From: Acidobacteriota bacterium
GTDB taxonomy: Bacteria; Acidobacteriota; UBA4820
Direction of reading: 5' to 3'
DNA length: 64,000 nucleotides
Assembly: GCA_029559035.1 (NCBI GenBank)
Contig: JAKQCT010000011.1
Span: forward strand, 1,512-65,511
Shown: piece by piece, positions 41,380 to 51,629 of the stretch
Numbering within the stretch: the stretch's first letter is position 1
Layout: each line of letters begins with the position of its first letter
Translations under genes and position numbers: made by a program
Notes under the pieces: generated by a model
The model's database searches: none
What the model was told of the DNA's origin: nothing
The model's input: the letters and a program-made list of their open reading frames with translations, nothing else

Positions 41380-42103
41380 AGGGAAGGAAATACTTGCGGG
41401 AGTGGACCTGGACCTCCCGGCCGGGCAGATCCACGTGATCATGGGACCCAACGGCAGCGGCAAGAGCACTCTCGCGAACACCCTCATGGGCCATCCGAGG
41501 TACGAGGTCCTGGGAGGAGAGGCGAAGCTTTTCGGAGAGGACGTCCTTTCCATGAAAGTCTACGAAAGGGCGCGGAAAGGGCTGTTCCTCGCTTTCCAGT
41601 ACCCTGTCGAGATAGAAGGCGTCTCCTTCGCCCATTTTCTCTGGAACGCTTCCCAGTCCCACAGGGGGGAGGTCGGAAGATCCGACCCGAAGGAGGTCGT
41701 GGCGTTCAGGAAGAAGCTGAACGAATCCCTGGAATCTCTCTCCCTGTCGAAGGACTTCTCGAACAGGTCGCTCAACGTGGGGGCTTCGGGAGGAGAGAAG
41801 AAAAGGCTCGAGATCGCCCAGATAATGGCGCTGAAACCTAGAGTGATCCTTCTGGACGAGATAGATTCCGGCCTTGACATCGACTCGTCGAAGCTCGTCG
41901 CGAAGGCGATCCAGGGCATGAGAAAGGACGGAGTCAGCGCGATCATCATCACGCACTATCCCAGGATCCTCGAATACCTGGAACCGGAAAGGGTCCACAT
42001 AATGGCCCAGGGAAAGATCATCTGTTCCAGGGGGATCGAGCTCGCCCACGAACTGGAGAAGCGGGGCTACGACTGGGTCCTGAAGGAGTACAGCCTCAAC
42101 TAG
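41333..42103 (+). CDS. sufC: Fe-S cluster assembly ATPase SufC
   Basis: 256 aa. [10 protein letters not shown]; [12 protein letters not shown]; [14 protein letters not shown] start; a TTG 15 nt downstream is an alternative start. Confidence 0.95.
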   Translation: MPENALKIRSLKSAVEGKEILAGVDLDLPAGQIHVIMGPNGSGKSTLANTLMGHPRYEVLGGEAKLFGEDVLSMKVYERARKGLFLAFQYPVEIEGVSFAHFLWNASQSHRGEVGRSDPKEVVAFRKKLNESLESLSLSKDFSNRSLNVGASGGEKKRLEIAQIMALKPRVILLDEIDSGLDIDSSKLVAKAIQGMRKDGVSAIIITHYPRILEYLEPERVHIMAQGKIICSRGIELAHELEKRGYDWVLKEYSLN

Positions 42104-42116
42104 GCGGAAGGCGACC

Positions 42117-43523
42117 ATGACTGAGAACAGGACTCCCGAAATAGAATTCGATTTCAAGAAATACGACTTCAGGGATCCCGAGAGCTTCGTCTTCAAGAGC
42201 GCCAAGGGCCTGAGCGCCGGGACGGTGACGGAGATATCCAGGCAGAAGGGCGAGCCGGAATGGATGCTCGCGATCCGGCTCAAGGCGCTCGATGTGTTCC
42301 TGAAGAAGCCCACCCCGGTCTGGGGAGGGGACCTGTCGCCCCTCGATTACGACGCTTACACCTATTACCTTAAGCCGTCGAAGGAGAAGAGCGAGTCCTG
42401 GGACGACATCCCGGAGAATATCAAGAAGACCTTCGACAGGCTCGGCGTTCCCGAGGCCGAAAGGAAGTTCCTTGCCGGGCTGGGGGCGCAGTACGAGTCG
42501 GAGATGGTCTATCATTCGATAAGGGAGGACCTCGCGAAGAAGGGCGTCATCTTCCTTGATACCGAATCGGGGCTAAGGGAGCACCCGGACCTTTTCAGGA
42601 AGTATTTCGCGAAACTGGTCCCGATTGAGGACAACAAGTTCGCCGCCCTCAACACCGCCTGCTGGTCGGGCGGGAGCTTCATCTACGTCCCGAAGGGGGT
42701 GGAGATCGACATCCCCCTGCAGGCATATTTCAGGATCAACTCCGCGAACATGGGGCAGTTCGAAAGGACGATCATAGTCGCCGACGAAGGGGCGAAACTC
42801 CACTACATCGAAGGCTGCACCGCCCCGGCCTACACGACCAACTCCCTCCACACGGGAGTCATCGAGATATTCGTCCACAAGGGGGCCAGCGTCAGGTACA
42901 CGACGATACAGAACTGGGCTCACAACATCTACAACCTGGTGACGCAGAGGTCGATGGTCGAAGAAGGCGGAAGCATGGAGTGGGTGGACGGCAACCTCGG
43001 CTCGAGGCTGACCATGAAATACCCATCGATATACCTGATGGGGGACGGCGCGAAAGGAAAGATCCTTTCGATAACTTTCGCCGCGGAGGGACAGCACCAG
43101 GACGCAGGCGGAAAGATCATACACAAGGGGAAGAACACCACTTCAACGATAATCAGCAAGTCGATCAGCAGGAAGAACGGCAGATGCTCCTACCGCGGGC
43201 TCGTGAAGGTCGCGAAGGGCGCCACCGGCGTAAAATCCAGCGTGAAGTGCGACGCCCTGATGCTGGACGAACAGAGCCGCTCGGACACCTATCCGACGAT
43301 GCAGGTCGACGAGGAGGACGCGGTAGTTGCCCACGAAGCGACGGTCGGGAAAATATCCGACGACGTCATCCATTACCTTATGTCGAGGGGTCTGAAGGAT
43401 TCCGACGCCCAGGCGATGGTTGTGATGGGGTTCATACAGGCGTTCTCCAGGGAACTTCCCATGGAATACGCGGTCGAACTCAACAGGCTTGTCCAGTTGG
43501 AGATGGAAGGGAGCGTGGGATGA
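42117..43523 (+). CDS. sufB: Fe-S cluster assembly scaffold SufB
   Basis: 468 aa. [21 protein letters not shown]; [28 protein letters not shown]; [11 protein letters not shown]. Confidence 0.95.
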   Translation: MTENRTPEIEFDFKKYDFRDPESFVFKSAKGLSAGTVTEISRQKGEPEWMLAIRLKALDVFLKKPTPVWGGDLSPLDYDAYTYYLKPSKEKSESWDDIPENIKKTFDRLGVPEAERKFLAGLGAQYESEMVYHSIREDLAKKGVIFLDTESGLREHPDLFRKYFAKLVPIEDNKFAALNTACWSGGSFIYVPKGVEIDIPLQAYFRINSANMGQFERTIIVADEGAKLHYIEGCTAPAYTTNSLHTGVIEIFVHKGASVRYTTIQNWAHNIYNLVTQRSMVEEGGSMEWVDGNLGSRLTMKYPSIYLMGDGAKGKILSITFAAEGQHQDAGGKIIHKGKNTTSTIISKSISRKNGRCSYRGLVKVAKGATGVKSSVKCDALMLDEQSRSDTYPTMQVDEEDAVVAHEATVGKISDDVIHYLMSRGLKDSDAQAMVVMGFIQAFSRELPMEYAVELNRLVQLEMEGSVG

Positions 43524-44656
43524 GCGCTCTTGACATCAGGGATTCGGGTTTCTTTTCCGGAAGGCTCGACAGGATCATCAACATTGAGAACTGCCCGGCG
43601 CTCGGCGGTATCCGGAGGAACGGTTTCGGGGTATTCTCCTCCATGCCCTTCGTGGACGGCGGCGAGGTGCGTTTCGACGCCAGCCTGAAGGATTTTCCCG
43701 TATCGGGTTTCAGCGCGGACGGACGGCCTTTCGTCGAGGGTTACATCCCGGCGGAAAAGATATTCGGGGTAGGATCGCTCAGGGATTTTTCGAAGAGCCT
43801 GAATGGCGAGCTGATCACTCCCCGGACGGGATTCGGAGGATACTGCCTCTCCTTTTTCGAGAGCGGATTGTTCGTCGAGTGCGCCGACTCCGCGGAAAAG
43901 GGCTTCATGAAGCTCTCTTCCGGCCCCGGCCTGTCGCTCGAACCGGTTTACCTGAAAGTGCCTCCCGGCGCCTCCTCGACCCTTTTCCTGGGGCTCGAAG
44001 CGGGCGGGGGGGCTCTCGCCCTTAACCTCATCAGGGCTGAGGTGGGCGAAGGCTCCAGCCTGAGGCTCTTCGTTAATCCGGCAGGGCCTGGGAGCAGGTT
44101 CATCGACTTCTCCGCTTTCCTGGACAAGGGTTCGCGCGTCGAGGTGTTCCTGATGAGGGTGGAAGGGAAGGAACTCGTTTACCGCTCGTGCGTCGAGATG
44201 AAAAAAGAGAACGCGGGTTTCTTCGAAAACTCCCTTTTCTCCCTCAGGGGCGACGAAAAGTGCGACGCGTGCAGCACGGTGATCGAGGAAGCCGGAGGAG
44301 GCGAGGCGCGGGTCGAAGTGAGGGCCATAAACAGGGACAGATCGAGGGCCAGGCTCACAGGGCTTCTGAAAGTGGAAAAAAGCGCCGTGAAAAGCAGGTC
44401 CCGCTATTCGGGCCACTGCCTCAAGCTGTCGCGGGAGTCCCGCGCCCGCGTCGAACCGAACCTCGAGATCGAAGCCCTCGACATAGAAGCTTCCCACGCC
44501 GCGAGCGTAGCCCCGATCGACGAGGAGAAGCTCTTCTACCTGGAAGCGAGGGGCATGTCGCGGGGCGAGGCCGAGAAGGAGATAGCGCTGGGATTCCTGT
44601 CCTCGCTTCTGAAGGATGCCCCGGAAACCGCCCCGCTGGTCGAAAAACATGTCTGA
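43520..44656 (+). CDS. sufD: Fe-S cluster assembly protein SufD
   Basis: About 378 aa from ATG 43520 (ATGA overlap with the sufB stop): [14 protein letters not shown]... C-terminal [38 protein letters not shown]. The track ORF start 42980 is an out-of-gene extension inside sufB. Confidence 0.9.
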   Translation: MSALDIRDSGFFSGRLDRIINIENCPALGGIRRNGFGVFSSMPFVDGGEVRFDASLKDFPVSGFSADGRPFVEGYIPAEKIFGVGSLRDFSKSLNGELITPRTGFGGYCLSFFESGLFVECADSAEKGFMKLSSGPGLSLEPVYLKVPPGASSTLFLGLEAGGGALALNLIRAEVGEGSSLRLFVNPAGPGSRFIDFSAFLDKGSRVEVFLMRVEGKELVYRSCVEMKKENAGFFENSLFSLRGDEKCDACSTVIEEAGGGEARVEVRAINRDRSRARLTGLLKVEKSAVKSRSRYSGHCLKLSRESRARVEPNLEIEALDIEASHAASVAPIDEEKLFYLEARGMSRGEAEKEIALGFLSSLLKDAPETAPLVEKHV

Positions 44657-44668
44657 CAGGGAGATCCC

Positions 44669-45094
44669 ATGAACGATAATTTCAAGAACAAGCTGGATGA
44701 CGTCGACCCGCTCATGATGGACATCCTGCTCCAGCATTACCGGCACCCGCACAACTTCGGCGAGCTGTCGCCCTGCGACATCGACCACGAGGAGGGGAAC
44801 CCTTCGTGCGGAGACCAGATCAGGATGTTCATCAGGACGAAGGGGGGCAGGATAACCGATATAGCTTTCAGCGGGAAAGGGTGCATAATATCGCAGGCTT
44901 CGGCATCCATACTGACCGACCTGGTGAAAGGAAAAACCGTCGACGAGGTCAAATCCATGACGAAAGATGACATGATCGACAACCTGGGCATTCCCATAGG
45001 TCCGATGAGGCTGAAATGCGCCCTGCTGGCTCTCAAGGTTATCAAGCGGGGCCTCTACGGCAACGCCGAATGGAACGAGGAAGACGATGAGTAA
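44669..45094 (+). CDS. sufU: SufU/IscU-type sulfur acceptor / scaffold
   Basis: 141 aa. HYRHPHNFG; NPSCGDQI; GKGCIISQASAS; RLKCALLA (three conserved Cys). Confidence 0.85.
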   Translation: MNDNFKNKLDDVDPLMMDILLQHYRHPHNFGELSPCDIDHEEGNPSCGDQIRMFIRTKGGRITDIAFSGKGCIISQASASILTDLVKGKTVDEVKSMTKDDMIDNLGIPIGPMRLKCALLALKVIKRGLYGNAEWNEEDDE

Positions 45095-45395
45095 ATGGGT
45101 GAAGGTCGTCAAGGTCGCGGATATAGGAGGCGAGGGCCTGGGAATTGCCTTCTCCGGTGAACAGGTGCTCCTGGTAAGGAAGGGAGAAGAGGTGTTCGCC
45201 CTCTCGGGCGTCTGCAGCCACCAGGAGATGGAATTGTGCGGCGGAGAGATAGAGGACGAGGCGTGGATCTGCCCCCACCACGGGGCGAGGTTCGGCCTGA
45301 GGGACGGAAAAGCGCTCTCCATGCCCGCGGTGGAGGACATCAGGACCTGGGCGGTCAAATGCGAGGACGGATGGGTCCTCCTGGAGGAAGAATGA
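45087..45395 (+). CDS. Small Rieske [2Fe-2S] ferredoxin-like protein
   Basis: 102 aa. CSHQ..(17 aa)..CPHHGARF Rieske ligands. Overlaps both neighbours. Confidence 0.85.
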   Translation: MSKWVKVVKVADIGGEGLGIAFSGEQVLLVRKGEEVFALSGVCSHQEMELCGGEIEDEAWICPHHGARFGLRDGKALSMPAVEDIRTWAVKCEDGWVLLEEE

Positions 45396-46663
45396 TGGAC
45401 GGGCGAGGGGCTTTCACCGCCGAAGAGCTCGAAAGGATACGCGCCGACTTCCCCATCCTGAAGAGAGAGGTCAACGGGGAGAAGCTTGTCTACCTGGACA
45501 ACGCGGCCAGCACTCAGAAACCCTCTTCCGTCATAGATTCGATGGCGGATTTTTTCAGGACCTCGAACGCGAACATTCACCGTGCGATCCACACCCTCGG
45601 GTACGAATCCACGGTAGCCTACGAGAACGCCCACAAGGCCGTCGCGAAATTCATCGGGGCGAAAAGCTGGAGAGAGGTGATCTTCGTCAGGAACGCGACG
45701 GAAGCCCTCAACCTCGTAGCATATTCCTGGGCTTCGAAGTTCCTCTCCCCGGGCGACGAGGTCGTGGTCACCATGATGGAGCACCACAGCAACATCGTCC
45801 CCTGGCTCATGGCGAAGGAGCGGCTGGGCATCGACCTGAAGTTCATCCGGGTCAAGGACAGCGGCGTCCTCGACATGGAGCACGCGGAAGAGTCGATAAC
45901 CGACAGGACCAGGCTCGTGGGGGCGATCCACGCGAGCAACGTACTCGGGGCGGTGAACGACCTTCACAAGCTCCGAGACCTGGCCCGGGCGAGAGGCGCG
46001 AAATTCCTCGTGGACGGCGCTCAGTCCATCCCCCACATGCCGGTCGATGTCGGAAGCCTCGGCTGCGACTTCTTCGCGGCGTCGGGACACAAGATGCTGG
46101 GGCCGACGGGAATAGGGATCCTCTACGCGAAAAGAGAGATCCTCGAGGAAACTCCTCCGTTCCTGACGGGAGGCGACATGATCTCGATGGTGACCGTCAG
46201 GGGCGCAACATGGAACGACCTGCCGTTCAAGTTCGAGGCTGGCACGCCCGCAGTCTGCGAAGCTGTGGGCCTCGGCGAGGCCGTAAAGTACCTTTCGGCC
46301 CTGGGAATGGAAAGGATATATTCCTACGAGAAAGAGCTGGGGGCCTATTTCCTTGAGGAATTAAAAAAACTGCCGTTCGTAGATATTTACGGGCACAAGG
46401 AGGGCGAATGCCTCGCGGTCTTCTCCTTCAACGTCAAGGGAGTCCATCCTCACGACGCGGCCTCGATGCTCGACAAGTTCGGCATAGCCGTCCGTTCCGG
46501 AAACCACTGCGCCCAGCCACTGATGGAGAGCCTGGGAATGGACAACACCCTGAGGGCTTCCTTCTATTTCTACAACACCCGGGAGGACGCGGACAGGCTC
46601 ATACACGCACTGAAAGAGGTTGACTCTCTCTTTAATAAAACTGCTTCCGGAGGAAAAAAATAA
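45392..46663 (+). CDS. sufS: Cysteine desulfurase SufS (class V aminotransferase)
   Basis: MMDGRGAFTAEELERIRADFPILKREVNGEKLVYLDNAASTQKP..; SGHKMLGPTGIGILY (PLP Lys); RSGNHCAQP (active-site Cys). The track ORF start 45236 lies in the Rieske gene. Confidence 0.93.
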   Translation: MMDGRGAFTAEELERIRADFPILKREVNGEKLVYLDNAASTQKPSSVIDSMADFFRTSNANIHRAIHTLGYESTVAYENAHKAVAKFIGAKSWREVIFVRNATEALNLVAYSWASKFLSPGDEVVVTMMEHHSNIVPWLMAKERLGIDLKFIRVKDSGVLDMEHAEESITDRTRLVGAIHASNVLGAVNDLHKLRDLARARGAKFLVDGAQSIPHMPVDVGSLGCDFFAASGHKMLGPTGIGILYAKREILEETPPFLTGGDMISMVTVRGATWNDLPFKFEAGTPAVCEAVGLGEAVKYLSALGMERIYSYEKELGAYFLEELKKLPFVDIYGHKEGECLAVFSFNVKGVHPHDAASMLDKFGIAVRSGNHCAQPLMESLGMDNTLRASFYFYNTREDADRLIHALKEVDSLFNKTASGGKK

Positions 46664-47682
46664 TGAAAAAAGCAGCTTTCATTTTAATGGTGTCGTTCTG
46701 TCTGGCCGCCTTCCCAACGCAGGCCGAAAAAAAGGTCCGTTTCTTCGTGCCGGACGGCGGATGGGCCATAGAAATACCGTTCGAAGGCTTCACGATAACC
46801 GATGCGAGGAGTTCCGCCACGGGCGACTTCAAGGCAACGGCATTCCACGAGAAGGACAGCGTTTACCTGGAGATATATTTTGAAAGAGGGGCCCCGGGTC
46901 AGGACCACCGAAAGGTCCGGAGCTTCTACGAGTCGAATCAGGAGCTCTCGAAATTTGAAAAGGCTGACGTCTCCAGGTGGGAAACCGATTCGGCCGCTTT
47001 CCTTGTCTACTGTGCAAAAAACGTTCTGGTCGGTCCGGAAGGGGACGAATTGAACGGGAACATGTACTTCTGCAAGGGATCGGCCTGGGTCGACGTGAGA
47101 TTAAGAAAGCCATATCCGAAAAAGGGCGACAGGAAACGTGCCGAGGACTTTCTGAAATCGTTGAAGATCGAGGATCAATTCGTACCTACCCCGGAAGACA
47201 ATGTGTTCATGGGGAACCTTTACTGTTATTCGGGGTTCGAAGATGGCTGTTTCCGTTGTCTTCAACAGGCCTATCAGGCAGAGAAACAGAATCGGAAGCT
47301 CCCGCGAGAGGTGAAGATCTCTATGATCGAGAATTACTCCAATATTCTGAGGATCAGGGGTGAAAGGGACATGGCGGCAGCGGTCCTGGATTACGGGCTT
47401 GCCTGCGACCCGGAATACCCCATGTACTATTGGAACAAAGCCAGGGTTTTCGCCGAGGAGGGCGACGAGGAGAAGACCGTAGAAATGATTGCCCTGGCGG
47501 TAAAGTTCAGAAAAAACATTCTTCCCGGGAACTTGCTGCCGGACCCCAGGCAGGATGATTCATTCAAAGTGCTCGGCATGAAGGAATCTTTCAGGGAAAA
47601 GCTGACGACTATATTCTTTCCGGAAAAGAGGCCGCCAGAAGAGCGGGGGAAGGATGCAAACGCCCCCAAAGAGGTAAAATGA
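46663..47682 (+). CDS. Hypothetical secreted protein with C-terminal TPR-like helices
   Basis: 339 aa. Signal peptide MKKAAFILMVSFCLAAFPTQA. No family recognised. Its ATG shares one nt with the sufS stop (TAATG). Confidence 0.6.
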   Translation: MKKAAFILMVSFCLAAFPTQAEKKVRFFVPDGGWAIEIPFEGFTITDARSSATGDFKATAFHEKDSVYLEIYFERGAPGQDHRKVRSFYESNQELSKFEKADVSRWETDSAAFLVYCAKNVLVGPEGDELNGNMYFCKGSAWVDVRLRKPYPKKGDRKRAEDFLKSLKIEDQFVPTPEDNVFMGNLYCYSGFEDGCFRCLQQAYQAEKQNRKLPREVKISMIENYSNILRIRGERDMAAAVLDYGLACDPEYPMYYWNKARVFAEEGDEEKTVEMIALAVKFRKNILPGNLLPDPRQDDSFKVLGMKESFREKLTTIFFPEKRPPEERGKDANAPKEVK

Positions 47683-48608
47683 CCGGGTTCGATCCGTCCC
47701 CGGACGCCCCTATCAACACTTTATCCGGATTTTTCAGGGATCATTTCGGCGGGAGAGTGAGAAAGGTCTCTCTCGATGCGGGATTTTCCTGTCCCAACAG
47801 GGAAGGTGCCGACAGAAGGGGCGGCTGCCATTGGTGCGACCCTTCCGGCTCGGGCCCGGCAAAAAGCGAGAGCGGCTGGGAGGAGGTTCTGCGGGCCGGG
47901 GCGGCGAAACTGAGTGGAAAAGGCTTCAAGGGAGCCATAGCTTATTTCCAGGCTTTCACCAATACTCTGGGTGGAACTTCCCGCCTTGAGGAGGTCTACG
48001 AGAAAGCTCTCTCGGTCGAAGGCGTTCTCGGACTTGCCGTCGGCACGAGGCCGGACTGTCTTTCGATGGAAACGATGGAAATCCTCGAGAGACTGAACCG
48101 GAAGACCTTTTTATGGGTCGAAATAGGGATGCAGACCATGCACGATCCCACTCTGGCGCTCTGCAACAGGGGACACGGCCATGCGGCGACAGTCTCCGCT
48201 TTCGGAGAGCTGCACCGCAGGGGAATGAGAACGGTCCTGCACCTTATCGCCGGGCTTCCCGGGGAGACGGGGGATATGATCCGGGAAAGCTTCGAAGAGG
48301 CGGCGAGGCTGGATCCCTGGGGAATAAAACTGCACCCTCTTCACGTGGTGAGGGGCTCCGAGTTCGAGAAGTGGCATACGCAAGGCAAGCTCAGGGTGCT
48401 CGGGTTGTCCGAATACGCGGAGCTCGCCGTCAGGCTTATCGAGGTAGCGGCCCCCCGGACCGTGTTCCACAGGATCACCGGTGAGCGGCCGGAGGGAATG
48501 CTTGTGGCTCCCGCGTGGTGCCTTGAAAAAGACAGGGTGAGGAACGAGATATACCGGCTCCTTCATGAAACAGGAGGATTCCAGGGCAGGCTGAACAGGA
48601 AAAACTGA
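47679..48608 (+). CDS. Radical SAM protein, TIGR01212 (YhcC-like) family
   Basis: 309 aa. FSCPNREGADRRGGCHWCDPSGSG. ATGA overlap with the upstream gene. Confidence 0.85.
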   Translation: MTGFDPSPDAPINTLSGFFRDHFGGRVRKVSLDAGFSCPNREGADRRGGCHWCDPSGSGPAKSESGWEEVLRAGAAKLSGKGFKGAIAYFQAFTNTLGGTSRLEEVYEKALSVEGVLGLAVGTRPDCLSMETMEILERLNRKTFLWVEIGMQTMHDPTLALCNRGHGHAATVSAFGELHRRGMRTVLHLIAGLPGETGDMIRESFEEAARLDPWGIKLHPLHVVRGSEFEKWHTQGKLRVLGLSEYAELAVRLIEVAAPRTVFHRITGERPEGMLVAPAWCLEKDRVRNEIYRLLHETGGFQGRLNRKN

Positions 48609-48648
48609 AAGGGGTTTTTCTCATGGCTGCCGCCCCCTCCCGCGGAAT

Positions 48649-48677
48649 TTGACGGTTGCCTGCAGGCGTGGTAATTT
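48649..48677 (+). promoter_or_regulatory. Candidate sigma70-type promoter of the signalling operon
   Basis: TTGACG (48649-48654), 17 nt, TAATTT (48672-48677). GGAGG-like RBS before TTG start 48696. Confidence 0.4.
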
Positions 48678-48695
48678 TAAGGGTGTGGAGGCAAC

Positions 48696-51629
48696 TTGCC
48701 TGAGATCATTCCGGATGAGCTGATAGCTTTTTTCAAGGGAGATTACAAGAAGGCTGGAGACATCTACAGGCGCAAGGGAAAGCTCGACAAGGCCCTGAAG
48801 ATGTATCTTCTCTGCGAGGATTACATAGCCGCCTCGGAAGTCGAGGCGGCTCTCGGCAACCCGGACAAGGCCGTCGAGCACCTTCTCCGGGCGGGAGAGG
48901 TCGAGGCCGCCGCGCGCCTTCTCATGAACAGAAAGAACTACAAGAAAGCCGCTCAGGTCCTGGCTGACGCCAACATGGTCAAAGAAGCCGCCCAGATAGC
49001 CGAAGAGGGAGGAGCGTTTCCGCTCGCGGCCCATTATTACGAGCAGAACGGCAGGTACCTCGAAGCCGGGTTCGCGGCTTACAGGGGGGGGATGAAGGAG
49101 AAAGCCGTAATCCTCCTCGTCAAGGCGATGCGGGATTTTCCTCTTGAAGAAAACATCCCCAAGCACGAGGTCATTGGCTGGCGCGACAAGAAAAAGGAAA
49201 TGGCCAGAATATTCGAGGAGAGCAGCGTCTACGACAAGGCCGGCGCCCTTTACGAAAGCCTCGGGCTCGTGGAGGCTGCGGCGAGGTGCAGGGAGCTTGC
49301 CGGGGAGACGGAGCAGGCGGCTTCGCTATACAAGAAGCTGGGTTTCCTCGAAAAAGCGACAGAGCTCCTGGGAAAAGAGGAGAACAGGAACCTCGCCGTT
49401 GAAGCCGGGAAACTGGAGGCGGACGGCAAGATCGGAGAAGCTCTCGAGCTGTACCTCAAGGTAGGCTCCAAGAAAGATGCCGCGCGCTGCAAGGAACGCC
49501 TGGGGAGCTACGCCGAGGCCGCACAGCTTTTCAAGGAAAGCCGGGAACTGGACAAGGCCGCGCACCTTTTCTACAAGGCGGGGGAATACCAGGAGGCAGG
49601 AACGGCACTCGCGCAGATAGGAGAGTACCAGATGGCCATGCAGGCCTTCAGGGAAGGCGGGTTCTTCTATGAGGCGTCGGCCATGGCTTTCGAAGCCAAG
49701 AAGTGGGAGGAATCGGTCAGCCTGATCCTGGCGCGGAGGGAAATGATCGACGGGATCATCAGCAAGTTCGAGACCCTATCCGAGGAAACGAAGAAAGATC
49801 CGCGCGTCAAGGTCGCCCTCGCGAGGCTCAGGCTGGAGACCGGAAGCATTGACGGAGTGACGGAGCTCCTCAAGAACGTGGGCCCGGACCCTCTGTTCCA
49901 GCAGGATCCGTGGCCGGAGTACCTTCAGGGAAGGGTGTTCGAAGTCCTGGGCAAGATGAAGGACGCGGTAGCGTGCTACAACAAGGTCCTAAGGAAGAAC
50001 TACGCCTTCCAGGACGCTCAGAAACGCCTCACCGCCCTGGCCGAGAGGTCGCCCAGGTCGGTCTCGCGATACGAAACGGAGAAGGCCCTTTGCGAGGGAG
50101 TGAGCGGAAGCTGGATCTCGGGATTTGACAAGGTGCTGAACATACCTCTGCTTCTCTTCAGGGCGAGGAAGGAGCTATTCTCCGAGAGCGAACTGAAGGA
50201 TTCCACCAACGCGCTAAAGACCATACTCAGCCTTTCGCATCCTCATGTGCTGACTTTGAGGGACATCATATATGTCGAAAAGGAGCTACTGCTCGTTTAC
50301 GAGCCTTTCGAGGGCACGCCTCTGCAGAATCTCATGAACGCGGGTTTTTCCCCGTCGCTGTTCAGCTCCGTCGACCTCCTGAGGCAGATCGTCGAGGCCC
50401 TTTACGAGGCGCACAGGAAGGGGATACTCCACGGACAGCTCACACACGAGTCGATACTTCTCGAGAGCGAAAGGCGCGCTAAGGTATCCGGGTTCGGGAT
50501 GCCGGTCCCGTCTGAAGCCAACCTAGCCGAAAGGAAGCGGCTGATGCCCTTCCTGTCACCTGAAGCGCGCAGGGGAGCGTCGCTCTCCCCCTCGTCCGAC
50601 CTATACTCGGCCGGGGCGCTGTTCGCTTTGTTCCTCTTTGGGGAAGAACCTCCCATAGAAGGGTTCGAAGGACTTTCCCCCAGGTCCGTTGAAAAGCTGA
50701 AGACTTTTCCGGCCCAGGTGGAGAGGCTCCTCAAGGGGCTGTTCTCGTTCTCGACGGTGAACCGTTTCCGCGACGCCAGCGAAGTCTTGCAGGAGATAAA
50801 GCCGCTCGAGTTCCTTCCCGGGGCTATCCTTGCGGAACGGTACGAGCTTCTGGACCAGCTCGGGAAGGGCGGCATGGGAGAGGTTTACCGTGTCAGGGAC
50901 CTCGAGCTGGAGGAGACCGTCGCCCTGAAGATGCTGAGAGTGAAAAGCGGGATGTCGGAGATCGCACGCGCGAGGTTCCTCAGGGAGATAAAGGTTGCGA
51001 GGAAAATATCCCATCCGAACGTGATACGGGTCTTCGACCTCGGCAGCTACAAGGACATCACTTTCCTCACGATGGAATACATCGAGGGACCGACGCTAGC
51101 CGACTGGGTGAAGGACGGGGACGCCCGGAGGGCCCAGGTTTCCGAAAAAGTGTCGATACTTCAGCAGGTCGCCAAGGGACTGGAGGCGGCGCATCTGCTG
51201 GGAGTGATCCACAGGGACCTGAAGCCGCAGAACGTGCTTCTCACGAGGGCCATGTCTCCGAAAATAGTGGATTTCGGCATAGCGTTCACCGAGGAAGGCG
51301 CCGACCTCACCCTGGAAGGGCGCTTTGTCGGAAGCCCCAAGTACGTTTCGCCGGAGCAGATCCAGGGAAAGCCGCTCGACGCTAAAAGCGACATCTACTC
51401 GTTCGGACTTCTGGCCTACTTCGTCCTGACCGGCCGCGAAGTCTTCACAGGCAGGTCTTCCGAGGAGATCATAAAGGCGCACCTGGAGAACGAACCTCCC
51501 GGGTTCGAGCCCGGAGCGGAGGTCCCTGAGAAGCTCCAGAAGCTCGTACACATATGCCTTTCAAAAACACCCGAGAAGAGGCCGCCGTCGATGAGGGCCG
51601 TCGCAAGGGTACTGGAGGAGATCGCATGA
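48696..51629 (+). CDS. Cytoplasmic multidomain Ser/Thr kinase: ~450-aa alpha-helical repeat region, pseudokinase domain, active Hanks kinase domain
   Basis: 977 aa, TTG start. About 20-aa helical repeats (G.Y..AA.LY..LG). Middle kinase-like domain with HGQL (50430-50441) in place of HRDL and GFG in place of DFG. C-terminal domain with GKGGMGEVY, VALK, HRDLKPQN (51210-51233), DFGIA, GSPKYVSPEQ. Confidence 0.85.
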   Translation: MPEIIPDELIAFFKGDYKKAGDIYRRKGKLDKALKMYLLCEDYIAASEVEAALGNPDKAVEHLLRAGEVEAAARLLMNRKNYKKAAQVLADANMVKEAAQIAEEGGAFPLAAHYYEQNGRYLEAGFAAYRGGMKEKAVILLVKAMRDFPLEENIPKHEVIGWRDKKKEMARIFEESSVYDKAGALYESLGLVEAAARCRELAGETEQAASLYKKLGFLEKATELLGKEENRNLAVEAGKLEADGKIGEALELYLKVGSKKDAARCKERLGSYAEAAQLFKESRELDKAAHLFYKAGEYQEAGTALAQIGEYQMAMQAFREGGFFYEASAMAFEAKKWEESVSLILARREMIDGIISKFETLSEETKKDPRVKVALARLRLETGSIDGVTELLKNVGPDPLFQQDPWPEYLQGRVFEVLGKMKDAVACYNKVLRKNYAFQDAQKRLTALAERSPRSVSRYETEKALCEGVSGSWISGFDKVLNIPLLLFRARKELFSESELKDSTNALKTILSLSHPHVLTLRDIIYVEKELLLVYEPFEGTPLQNLMNAGFSPSLFSSVDLLRQIVEALYEAHRKGILHGQLTHESILLESERRAKVSGFGMPVPSEANLAERKRLMPFLSPEARRGASLSPSSDLYSAGALFALFLFGEEPPIEGFEGLSPRSVEKLKTFPAQVERLLKGLFSFSTVNRFRDASEVLQEIKPLEFLPGAILAERYELLDQLGKGGMGEVYRVRDLELEETVALKMLRVKSGMSEIARARFLREIKVARKISHPNVIRVFDLGSYKDITFLTMEYIEGPTLADWVKDGDARRAQVSEKVSILQQVAKGLEAAHLLGVIHRDLKPQNVLLTRAMSPKIVDFGIAFTEEGADLTLEGRFVGSPKYVSPEQIQGKPLDAKSDIYSFGLLAYFVLTGREVFTGRSSEEIIKAHLENEPPGFEPGAEVPEKLQKLVHICLSKTPEKRPPSMRAVARVLEEIA

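Noticed and set aside
42980-43519. N-terminal extensions of track ORFs (sufD from 42980; also sufS from 45236, phoH2 from 51554, the DUF4390-like gene from 52534, the STAS gene from 25704)
   Set aside because: The extensions lie inside the preceding genes in another frame and translate to low-complexity sequence. Homology-consistent starts with ATGA/TGATG coupling exist at 43520, 45392, 51626, 52933 and 26440.
43373-46090. 905-aa ORF on the minus strand
   Set aside because: Antisense to sufD, sufU, the Rieske gene and sufS, all of which have textbook motifs. The composition is Arg/Pro/Gly/His-rich and unrecognisable.
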